A DNA stretch of 63,575 nt, counting the filler, from Atractiella rhizophila (taxonomy: Eukaryota), in the NCBI GenBank assembly GCA_021432655.1. It is 5 parts of 4 records of this genome, joined end to end, with 100 filler letters (N's around TTAATTAATTAA, not from the genome) between each part and the next. Parts side by side here need not be neighbours in the genome. Positions count along the whole stretch, not along the records: positions 29,225 to 59,515 come from MU271208.1; 4 more parts are not named here. One strand, written 5' to 3'. Each line of letters starts with the position of its first letter. Positions within the stretch are counted from its first letter, which is position 1. A program made the translations under genes and the position numbers. Shown here one piece after another: positions 39,160-49,264 of the stretch. The notes beneath the pieces are model-generated. The model was not told where the DNA came from. It saw only the letters and a list, made by a program, of their open reading frames with translations, and made no database searches.

Positions 39160-40832
39160 TACAATACAATGGTTTACCATCCTACTTTTCTTCTGCATTC
39201 ATGAAGCTATTATAAGATGCGACTTACCCTGAAATAAATAAATGGGATTGTCGTTGGTCTGATGACATCACTTAATGTCCATTGGCCTGTGATGAACATC
39301 TGGATGTCAGCTCTCAAGTTGTCCCAACACAGCGCATTCTGTGTAAATAGCTTCCTTTCCACAGGTATTCCATTCCATGATATCCATGATATCCATTATC
39401 CCATCCATCCACCCAAATCTTCCATCCCTCTACAAAGCTTATTCAGTCTTCACAGAATTTTTCATACAAGCTGAGCGGCCGAAATCAATTTTTTTCGTGT
39501 TTCAAATAGTCTTTGGTGTATACCCTTCGAAAGGCGCCGACACGTGTATTCTGTTGGTATACTCAGAATCCTGGAAGGTTGTTGTGGGCAGTGATATAAG
39601 CACTCAAAAGTACATGAGTGAGTCATGATCAAAACCCATCATGCTTTTTATATAAGGATGAGCCTTGACTGAACTATGACCAAAAGTTGGAGCAATGAGC
39701 AGCAAGGGAAGCATGGCACACGGATTGCATAGATAGCAGCAAAGGACAGCACAGATTGTAGATGGAAGCAGCAACCATTATCTGTTTTGGTATCAGGTAT
39801 GGAGCATTTTGACTTAGATCTTACAAGTTCATTTTGCCCTTGTCCCTCGCCATGCCAGGGTCGAAGCCCCGTGCACCTGAGACTCCAGCAGCCACTGTGT
39901 GGGGACTTGCCTTCAGCAAGCACATAGTCAATATTTGGTTTAGCCTCAATCCCTGGAATAACGCACTTCCTTTAGTTAGCGGTCGCGTGGTGTTGACTTA
40001 GGGGTCGGTGCTCAAGTGGCTTAAATCTTGGCCAAAATAACACCACTCGAACGCCATCCAACAACATCAAATCGGCGCTACTTGAGCTCATTAATGACGT
40101 TGGATAGTGGTAAAGTAGTGTTAGGATAGTGTTCCTTATTTCGTTCAATGGTCTTTGGATAGGGTATTTCTGGCGTTCTTGTTTCGTTCCGCTTTCGTCC
40201 ATTTAGCGTTCTCTAGGTTGGAGTTTTCTTCAGGTAGGGTTTGCATTCGGGTCAAATAGTGTTATTATTTGAAAGTAATCATATTACTGCATATTCCTAT
40301 ATCTTACTGCCTCCCCATTCCTCCCCCTCTGCTCGTTATTGGTAAGGACAACCCAAGCTCTTCTCCAGGTTCCACTGCTTCCAATCCTCCCCTCACCTAC
40401 ACCAAAACTTGGCAAAAGTCGAATAGACGAGTCGCTTTGAAGGCTCCTATCGATGGCTTGAAGCACGTCTCGCCAGGTAAAAGCTGGATTTCAGTTTAGC
40501 GAACTTGCAGAAGGTGTAGGATAACGAGGACGACCGGTCGTAGTCAGAAGCATTCGATGGGAGAAGTGGGAGAGGGAAGGAAAGGCGCGGGAGAGGCCGA
40601 TAAGTGGCGAGGTCCGGGCTTCTAATCATTTCCTGCGGCGAGTTCCTTGTGATGCAGCTCCTATAAGACAAATAGAGGCGAAATGGAGCAATCAGCCACA
40701 GTGCTTGGATGCTGGAGATGAGGAAAGACAGCGACCTACGGACCCAAATGAACCATTAGCTCTACTCACTGAAAGAGAGAAGAGAAACAGGATAGGAAGC
40801 AGGGGAAATCACATACCTTGCGTGGCCCTAGT

Positions 40833-41190
40833 AGAAGGAGATCAGTTGTGACAATGTAAGATGGAAAGAAACACTTACAAGTCACGACGCGTTGACTCAT
40901 TCCGATAAGCTGTGATGGGGTAAGTCACAGTTCGAAAGCAAAAAGGATCAGAATGCGTCTAACTCACTAAGGAGTGGCCACGTGCCTGCAGGCATCAGGA
41001 TGAGCCAGAAGGAGATCAGTTGTGAGGATTTAAGAGGGAAAGAAACACTTACAAGTCACGACGCGTTGACTCATTCTGATATGCACTGCGACGGGCAAAT
41101 CGCATTGTTGAAAGAGGCAACAAAAGGGATCAGAACGCGTCTAGCGGGCTAAGGAGCAGCCACGTACCTCTGCAGGCAGTAGGACGAGCC
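40833..41190. repeat. Diverged tandem duplication, 174-bp period
   Basis: Units start at 40833 and 41007 (AGAAGGAGATCAGTTGTG) and share GAAAGAAACACTTACAAGTCACGACGCGTTGACTCATTC. Confidence 0.9.
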
Positions 41191-42635
41191 ACTGTGTTAT
41201 TGATTCCCTCGTAGCGTCCTCCTCTAAAGTCCCATCATCCTGAAAGAAAAACAAACCAACTTTCTGACACGGGATGACCGTCACGTCAATTCAGACTCAC
41301 CCTATCCCGTGTCTGGCTGCTCAAAGAGAATCATATTCGAATTTGGTGCCAAAATACCTCATTTCGACGATATTGACGCGTCCACAGATTCCTATCGCGT
41401 CAGACTGTAAAATGCGGAACATCCTATGGAGCGTGTTTCAAAGGTGCCTTCGTCCCAGTTTAGTCGATAGGGGTATCGAAGTTTACAGGAAGAGTTTGAC
41501 GCGTCGATTGTGGATGTGAGGGGCGAAATTGTCGACTTTGTCGTTTGGGGACGGTGGTTAGTGGTGCTCAGACTTAGACTTCCCGTGCGCAAACAACCAA
41601 CTCTAGCACCTTCGACCTTCAAATCTGGATGACCTGAACAATGTGTCTAGGTTGTACCACAAATTTAAAGGTGGATACTCTCCACTCGGTCTGCCATCAG
41701 ACACATTCCACAAATCAAGCTGACCAATCCAGACACTGTCAAAGGAGTTCACTTTCGGCTTCTCTCCATCCGACCCCTTCCTTCTCTTGATCGGTTGTCC
41801 CCCTTGTGAGCTACAGTCTCTGAGTGGTGGCAGATGGGACTCTGCTCCAGTAGCAGCGGAATGAGTGGGGTAATGATTTGTTCAGAGATAAAATTGCAAT
41901 AAGATAACTTGCTTTAGTTCTACTTCATACAGTCTAATATGTTAAACAGTCAAACATGCCGAATAGTGTTATGATAAGCACAGAGCGCTAGAGCTAAGCT
42001 TCATAAATTAAAGATTCTTAACCGAAACTTTGCCTTTCTGAAGGAGCACACGTTCTACAAGGACATCCTTCGTGCCTTTTGCATCCAATCCAAAAGACTG
42101 TTCCCAGAGTTAAGTCAGCTACCAAGCTACGAAACGGAGTAGAACAGAGTTACGAGCAAAGCTTGCTTTAGAAGTGGGATAGTCGTCTTTAATCTACAGG
42201 CTTCATCGTCTCCTGCTAAGAGAAACGTCCAAATTGGTGATGCAGACATCTTGCCAGGCTTTTCAGAATGGACATAGACGGTCCCTTTGGATTCGAGCTG
42301 AACCGCCTTTCTGCCTGCTTTCCTCTTCCCATCAGAAACATTACCCCCAGGAGTAGAATTGGACTTGGTAGAAAGCTCTATTTGAGAACTTGGCGCATCG
42401 AAGGAGACGGTGCCAGTGGAAGCAGGAGTTGTAATTATCTTTGGGAAGGTCGTACGTGTCAACGTGTGTTTATTCCCATTGTTGCGTAGCAGCTGGACTG
42501 GAGCTGGCAGTTTCGTGGATCCTTTCTTCGGCATCTCAGATGGTATGGAAAGAGTAGAAACAGAGGCTGTCGTCTGAGAATCAGTTGGGGTCGTAGTGGG
42601 GACCGCCGTAGCGGCTGCGGCCATGAGAAGCACAT

Positions 42636-43076
42636 TGTCAGGCTTGCCCCTACGCATTACCGAAATGCACCTTCTGGAGTCACGTGACCTACTTTACCAT
42701 GCATAGGATCACGCACCTGCCCATCGCCGCTTTGCTCACGTTCACGCCGATCGCCGCTTTCCCCTGTCTCACACGAATCGCCGCTCAGCAAACCTTAAAC
42801 ATTTCGCCGGTCTGTATCATCTCCATTATTACCTTTATTGTCCTTTCTCACTTGTACTGCTTAGTATGTCTTATTTCCGAGTATTCCCTTTATTGCTTTC
42901 CTGATCCAACTATCTTACATGTTTCAAGAAACGTATGTTACAGTTTATGGCAGTGCCCTTACATATATATATATACATCGAGATGTAGTGGTGGTGACCT
43001 CAGAGTATTCTCTTAGGTTTACCTCCACTACAGACGCATCGCCTATCGGCGACCGCACATAGTGTCAGCCCTAACA
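42636..43076 (+). repeat. 5' LTR
   Basis: Identical by eye to 50874-51314; TA run 42962-42975; GTCACGTGAC palindrome at 42679. Confidence 0.98.
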
Positions 43077-43078
43077 GA

Positions 43079-43088
43079 AGAATACTCT
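43079..43088 (+). promoter_or_regulatory. Self-priming primer-binding site (Tf1/sushi type)
   Basis: AGAATACTCT is the exact reverse complement of LTR 43002-43011 AGAGTATTCT; no TGG tRNA-type PBS. Confidence 0.85.
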
Positions 43089-43117
43089 CTCTCATTTTCA
43101 AAACCAAAGTTAAAAAA

Positions 43118-44415
43118 ATGTCGGAGGTTTGGGGAGATATGGAAACGCGCGAACCGCCGACCAGCGAGGAACGCATCCAGCACTTAGAAAGGATGTTCCA
43201 AACTCTACACCTCACAACTGAAAAACAATTCAAAAAACTCGAACAAGACCTCATAACAAGCTTCAACCAACAAAATGCGCAAACCTCCCAGAATGCGAAC
43301 GAAATTGCGCAACTGAGGTCCGACGTCCAAAACACAAATGACCGAATTTTACAATTGCTAGACTCCAGACTACCCCTCCTAGAGATAGTGGGACCACTTC
43401 CCCCTTTTTATCGCGAACAGACCCAATACCTCAGGCTTACCCTTCTCCCTCTATACCCCAAACTGCCCAAGTTGCACCATATGCAGGTATCAAACTTGCC
43501 CCACCTTCAATCTTCAAAGGAGTACCCAACACAGCTCCGACATTTTTACGCGAAATTTACGTCTACACGTCTACTGTTCCAGGCCAATTCCCGACCGAAA
43601 AATCGAAAATCCTATTTACCCTTTCTTACATGAAAGAAGGAGATGCGGAAAAATTCGCCGCTGGGATTTTGCGCCGACTTGTCGAAAACGAGGAACAAAT
43701 TTCGTGGGAACAATTTTTGTCGGAGTTCAAAGCGCGTTTCTGCAAGACAGACCACAAGCTCATTGCGCAGACAAAAATATCATCCCTCCAACAAAAAGGG
43801 AACCTAGAAACCTACATCATCAAGTTTGAAGAATTGGCAAATCAAGCTGATTTTGATGATGAAGCCCTCATTTTTTTCTTCAAACGGGGACTCAATCCTG
43901 CCCTACACCTCAAAGTAACCCAAGGGGAGTTCCCAAAATCGCTGGAAGACTGGAAAGAAAAATCTCGGCGAATTGATGCGGAAGAATCTGCTCATTCAAC
44001 CTTCTTTCAAAACATCCCATCGGCGAAAGACGGACCACAAAATACATTTTCTGCAAAAAGAGACAGCTCAAAATCCTCAAAGCACAGAGAGAACAGAACG
44101 CCAGTATCGTATCGACCGAGCGCCGCATTGTCACCGGCCGCCGATCCGCCACCCAATGCCGCTCCACACGCTCATAGGGCCAAAGACCCCGATGACATGG
44201 AAGTTGACGCGACAAAGTCTAGACCTCCCCGTTGCAGGCGATGCCAGAAGATAGGACACCGAGAAAGAGAGTGTAGAACGATTATGAGCAAGGAGCAATA
44301 TCTTCGGGCCCAAGGAGAATATTTTGATTCGAAAATGATACATCTCGGACAATTCGCCGACCAGTCGCCGAAAACGAGTGCTACCCAATCGAAAGATCTT
44401 GAGGAGGATTTTTAG
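43118..44415 (+). CDS. gag: Gag with CCHC zinc knuckle, frame discontinuity near 43318-43380
   Basis: Second frame, open from 43342, has KLAPPSIFKG..KSKILFTLSYMKEGDA, DDMEVDA and CRRCQKIGHREREC; ATG 43118 is in another frame. Confidence 0.9.
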
Positions 44416-44486
44416 GACGGCGGTGGGTGGAAGAAGTGTCCCCATCGCCGAATTGCAATTCATTTACGTCACATAAAATCACTTCC
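44406..44486 (+). promoter_or_regulatory. -1 ribosomal frameshift signal between gag and pol
   Basis: G GAT TTT before the gag stop, 5-nt spacer, 10-bp stem 44418-44427/44441-44450; pol is in the -1 frame. Confidence 0.85.
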
Positions 44487-47400
44487 AACAAGATGCCGCC
44501 CAGCACAGTATTCCCCCCACGAGAACAAGACCCCCCATTCCCGAAGTTGCGTTTTCCCTCCTGGAGACAAAGATGCGCAGAAGTCGCAAAAATGTATGAC
44601 AAAGTCCACCTACGCTCGACTACAGCATCCCTCGTCAGTTCGAAGACGAAGCTCAGAACCGCATTCCACCATCCACATTCCCATCGCCGACACGCCACAT
44701 CGGCGCTCGTCGACAGCGGCGCAACTACTTCTTTCATTTCTCCAAAACTCGTTTCTGCATACAACCTACCTGTCACTCAACTTCCCTCCCCAGTACCTGT
44801 TTATAACATCGACGGATCCCTCAATCAAGGAGGATCCATCCACTCTGTTACTTACTTGCCCATTTCGATCGCCGCTCACCATGAAGTTTGGCAATTCGCT
44901 GTAGCGGAGTTAGGGACTGTCGACATGATTTTAGGCCACGACTGGCTAAGACACCACAACCCAGAGATCAACTGGGACTCAGGGAAAGTTGAGTTCTCTC
45001 GCTGCCCTACCAGTTGCAATGCAGATGACGTGTCTACCACTCGCGAAAAATTCCCGCCATCATCTACCTCGATACGAGCCGCTATGACAAAATCGCAGAA
45101 ACTGGCGAAAGACGCAGCGGCGATGAGACCAAAAAATGTCGTCGAAATACCAACGCAAATCGCCGATTTTGCAGACATCTTCGACGACGAAAAATTCAAA
45201 ACTTCTCTTCCTCCCCGACATCCTTGGGATCACGCGATCAACCTCATACCCGAAGCACGACCATATGCGGGACCGGTCTACCCCTTGAAAAGAGACGAAC
45301 AAGCGGCGCTCGACCAATTCATTGACGCCGAACTAAGCGCCGGCCGTATACGTCCTAGCACAGGTGAACATGGAGCCTCAGTTTTCTTCACGCACAAAAA
45401 AGACTCATCTGAACTTCGTCCCCTTTTCGATTATCGGAAGCTGAACGAAGCCACAGTCAAAGACAAGACCCCACTCCCCATTCAGGCTGACCTCTTTTCC
45501 ATGGTCTCAGGTAAAAAGTTCTTCAGCAAGATTGATCTGAGGAAAGGGTTCAACAACGTTCGTATCAAAGAAGGAGACGAACACAAAGCGGCGTTTCGCA
45601 CAAATCGAGGACTTTTCGAACCATTGGTAATGTATTTCGGACTCTGCAACTCACCGGCGACTTTCCAAGCTTTCCTGAACTCTATTTTCCGCACTATGAT
45701 CGCCACTGCGTTCATCTTCATATACATAGACGACATCCTAATTGCGACAGAAACTGAAGAAGAACACTGGGAACGCGTTCGACAAGTTTGTCAAGTTTTA
45801 CGCGAAAATGGGCTTTATGTCAACTTACAGAAATGTGTCTGGTGTCAAAGCGAAGTAGAGTATCTAGGTTTGATCATTACCAGCAGAGGGATCGAACCGG
45901 ATCCAGTAAAAGTTGCAGGAGTGATGGATTGGCCGGAACCGAAGAACATGAAGGAAGTCCAAATGTTCCTCGGTTTCGCTAATTTCTATCGCCGCTTTTG
46001 CGACAGATTTAGTCACATCGCAAGACCTTTATATGAACTGACCAAAAAGGGGATTTCCTGGGTCTGGGGGGTAGATGAACGACGTTCGTTCGCCGCTCTG
46101 AAGCAGCTCATGACTTCTGCGCCCGTTTTGGCACATCCCGAACAAATAGGACGATTTTTGCTTGAAGTCGATGCGTCAAATTTCGCGACAGGCGCTGTTT
46201 TGTCGCAAATGAAGCCAGATGGGAAGTTTCATCCTCTCGGTTTCGTATCAAAATCGCTCGACGCTGCCCAGAGGAACTATGACACCTACGACAAAGAAAT
46301 GCTCGCAATTATGCGAGGACTGCAAGAATGGAGACACCTTCTTCAAGGTACTGATGAGCCATTTCTGATCTTGACCGATCACAAAAATCTTGAGTATTTC
46401 AGGATGCCACAAAAGTTGAATCGGCGACAGGCACGCTGGATCACCGAACTTGCATCTTTCAACTTCACTCTTTTACACCGTCCTGGACGAAACTCCGCAA
46501 AACCAGATGCGCTCAGTCGGCGACCGGATCACAAACCGGCGACTTGCGACAACTTTGACGTAGTATTACTCCCAGAACGTTTTTTCAACACGGATCGTAT
46601 CACGATCAACGCGACTGGGAGCGCAGTTGCGCTCACTAGACAAATGTCAGAGTTGAGTATACTGGAACGTGTGAAAAAGGTACCTGAACGGGAAGAACAA
46701 GTAGTCAAAGCCTTGAGAGAGATCCTAGACGAACCAGTCGACGCAATTCGCCGACGGGAGTGGCAAGAAGTTGACGGCGCTGTCTACTTTCGAGGGAAAC
46801 TTTACATTCCCCGAGACGACGAAATTCGCCGCTCGATTTTGCAAGACCTGCACGATTCGCAAATCGCCGGTCATCCAGGTGTAAAATCAACGACGGCTCT
46901 CATAAAAAGGTACTACTGGTGGCCGGGTATGGCGCATTACGTTCGCCGCTATGTCGGCGCCTGTCACACTTGCCACAGAACAAAAAACTTTCCTTCCCCA
47001 CCTGTCGGGTTTTTGCAACCAAATGACATTCCCACGCGTCGATGGCAAATTGTCAGCATGGACTTGGTTGGACCACTCCCAGAATCTGGGGGGTTTGACA
47101 CGATTTTCGTCATAGTAGACAGACTCTCAAAACGCACCCATCTCATCCCCACCCATTCGACGATGGATGCAGAAGGCCTTGCAAGACTTTTTCGCGATCA
47201 CGTATGGAAGCTACATGGACTTTTCGATGTCGCAATTTTTGATCGAGGCAAAGAGTTTGTGTCCAAATTCACATCCGCGCTTTTTCGCCTATTGGGTATC
47301 AAAGGCTCACCATCGACAGCCTATCACCCGCAAAGTGATGGTCAGACTGAACGCATGAACCAAGAGGTTGAACAATATTTGCGCATTTTCTGCAATCACC

Positions 47401-48206
47401 TTCAAGATAATTGGGTAGAAGGACTTCCCAACGCAGAATTTGCGCTCAACAATCGCGTCAGTTCGGCGACGGGCGTAACTCCATTTTCGCTCGATTGCGG
47501 TCAACATCCCCGCATGGCCTTTGAACCCATCTCCGACGAGGACGTTCCCGCGGCGGCGCAATTCGTCGAAAAGATGCAAATCGCCGACCGGGAAGCACAA
47601 GCGGCACTCGAGCAAGCAGCAGATCTCATGGCAAAACATTATGACAGAAAGCGCGCACCGGCGCCCGAATATCATGTCGGCGATTTCGTCTGGTTGAGCG
47701 CGAAAAACATCAAATCGACGAGACCTGTCAAGAAGTTAGACGACAAATGGCATGGCCCTTTTCGTGTTTTGCAAGTTTTGGGTCCCCTCAACCTTAAACT
47801 CGAGTTGCCATCCTCATGGAAGATACATCCAGTGTTCCATGTAGGTCTAATACGAAAAGTCAACGAAGACGACATCCCGGGCAGAGTCCAGTTGCCCAAA
47901 CCACCTCCAGAATTGGTGAACGGAATTGAAGAATGGGAAGTGGAGAAAATTGTCGATGGAAAATGGTTCGGTACCCGAAATAGAGTTTTCAAATATCGCG
48001 TTCGATACAAAGGGTATTCACCATCTGAGGACGAGTGGATCAACATCGCAGATCTAGAAAATTCGCAGGACGCTATAAAAGACTATCACACTGCACACCC
48101 TCTCGCAGTTCATCCCAATTCCATACCGAACTCCGCAAAAAATCGCCCAAATGCACGTTTTCGTAACCTTCGACGAAAACACGCTGAAGGGTCTTCCTCA
48201 CTTTAA
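44427..48206 (+). CDS. pol: Pol: protease, RT, RNase H, integrase, chromodomain; intact
   Basis: LVDSGA, DYRKLN, YIDDIL, VDASNF, HHCC, SMDLV/FDRG/QTERMN, GPF, WEVEKIV..YRVRYKGY..DEW. Confidence 0.99.
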   Translation: MEEVSPSPNCNSFTSHKITSNKMPPSTVFPPREQDPPFPKLRFPSWRQRCAEVAKMYDKVHLRSTTASLVSSKTKLRTAFHHPHSHRRHATSALVDSGATTSFISPKLVSAYNLPVTQLPSPVPVYNIDGSLNQGGSIHSVTYLPISIAAHHEVWQFAVAELGTVDMILGHDWLRHHNPEINWDSGKVEFSRCPTSCNADDVSTTREKFPPSSTSIRAAMTKSQKLAKDAAAMRPKNVVEIPTQIADFADIFDDEKFKTSLPPRHPWDHAINLIPEARPYAGPVYPLKRDEQAALDQFIDAELSAGRIRPSTGEHGASVFFTHKKDSSELRPLFDYRKLNEATVKDKTPLPIQADLFSMVSGKKFFSKIDLRKGFNNVRIKEGDEHKAAFRTNRGLFEPLVMYFGLCNSPATFQAFLNSIFRTMIATAFIFIYIDDILIATETEEEHWERVRQVCQVLRENGLYVNLQKCVWCQSEVEYLGLIITSRGIEPDPVKVAGVMDWPEPKNMKEVQMFLGFANFYRRFCDRFSHIARPLYELTKKGISWVWGVDERRSFAALKQLMTSAPVLAHPEQIGRFLLEVDASNFATGAVLSQMKPDGKFHPLGFVSKSLDAAQRNYDTYDKEMLAIMRGLQEWRHLLQGTDEPFLILTDHKNLEYFRMPQKLNRRQARWITELASFNFTLLHRPGRNSAKPDALSRRPDHKPATCDNFDVVLLPERFFNTDRITINATGSAVALTRQMSELSILERVKKVPEREEQVVKALREILDEPVDAIRRREWQEVDGAVYFRGKLYIPRDDEIRRSILQDLHDSQIAGHPGVKSTTALIKRYYWWPGMAHYVRRYVGACHTCHRTKNFPSPPVGFLQPNDIPTRRWQIVSMDLVGPLPESGGFDTIFVIVDRLSKRTHLIPTHSTMDAEGLARLFRDHVWKLHGLFDVAIFDRGKEFVSKFTSALFRLLGIKGSPSTAYHPQSDGQTERMNQEVEQYLRIFCNHLQDNWVEGLPNAEFALNNRVSSATGVTPFSLDCGQHPRMAFEPISDEDVPAAAQFVEKMQIADREAQAALEQAADLMAKHYDRKRAPAPEYHVGDFVWLSAKNIKSTRPVKKLDDKWHGPFRVLQVLGPLNLKLELPSSWKIHPVFHVGLIRKVNEDDIPGRVQLPKPPPELVNGIEEWEVEKIVDGKWFGTRNRVFKYRVRYKGYSPSEDEWINIADLENSQDAIKDYHTAHPLAVHPNSIPNSAKNRPNARFRNLRRKHAEGSSSL

Positions 48207-48560
48207 GGGGTCCAACACCCCTATATGCCTTGCCGGGTGAAATCCTAGTCTTTGAGACTTAGGTCAAGGCAAGGCGCCGACTTGCTCCTCAACGGGCAAG
48301 TCGGCGACTTGGTCGTGGGTGAGTCCATTCGTCGCCCGTCAAAGACAAATGCTCATTGCGTTCTCGCACCATCACCAATGTCGCATTTACGAAAATTGTC
48401 CTCAATCGCGAGGTCCCCTCCCCCTCACTTTAAGAGGTCCTACTCCTCTATATGCCTCGCTGGGTGAATCCCTAGTCACACTGTTGAACATAGGTCTAAG
48501 CGAGGCGCCGGTCTGTTCCTCAACGGACAGATCGGCGACCGGTTTGTCGGTGAGTTACTC
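48196..48560 (+). ncRNA. Two copies (227-bp period) of a candidate structured cis-RNA element after the pol stop
   Basis: Three helices with compensatory substitutions between copies; loops conserved. Confidence 0.65.
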
Positions 48561-49264
48561 ACCCCATTATCACAAACGGTTGCTTACTGCACCAAAAACA
48601 ACACCGGTCAAACTTCAAAAAATCCCTCAATTGCGAGGTACACGATGACTTCCCCTCATCCTACACTCTGTTTTGGTTTTGATGATTATTGTTTCCTGTT
48701 TTTGCTTTTACATTTTGCTTCCCATCCTTGTTCGCTCGACAACACATTCTTCCACAAAGAAGACAGACCAGCGACGAGCACGCAAATCGCCGACACGTTA
48801 TACTGCGCGTTGTGTCCACGAACGCGTGGCCCGGGCCTATTTGGTTGCGAGCTCCATAATAAGCTTGGGTAGCTAGTGGGAGGAACACCTGAGGGTCCTC
48901 CCCTAGACAGGGGAGTGTGAGTCCTGCATCACCCACTTGGCCATTGCTCTCCTCACTCACCACAATGCCTTATGCCACCATGACACGATTTACACTTGTC
49001 GCCGCCTGGCGATTCGCCGCTGTTACGGAGGCGCAAAACGAATACATTTCAGAGATCAAAATCACCACTCTGGACTGACTCCTCACTATCGCTGCTGCTC
49101 GAAGAAGAAACGGAATGTGCATCATAATTGGAATTGTCATAGGCCTCTTGGGCTAAAGAAGGATTTAAGTCGCCCAGTCGAAACTCAATTTCGCCGATAC
49201 GACGTATTTTCTGCAACTGGCGATGGGTCAGGTGCCCTACGATGCCTAAACAACATCTAGATAG

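Noticed and set aside
42684..43016. 110-aa ORF present twice (also 50922-51254)
   Set aside because: Incidental frame within identical LTRs, GTG start.
48196..48950. Known self-cleaving ribozyme
   Set aside because: No CUGANGA plus GAAA core or hairpin-ribozyme loops recognised on either strand; kept as an unclassified structure.
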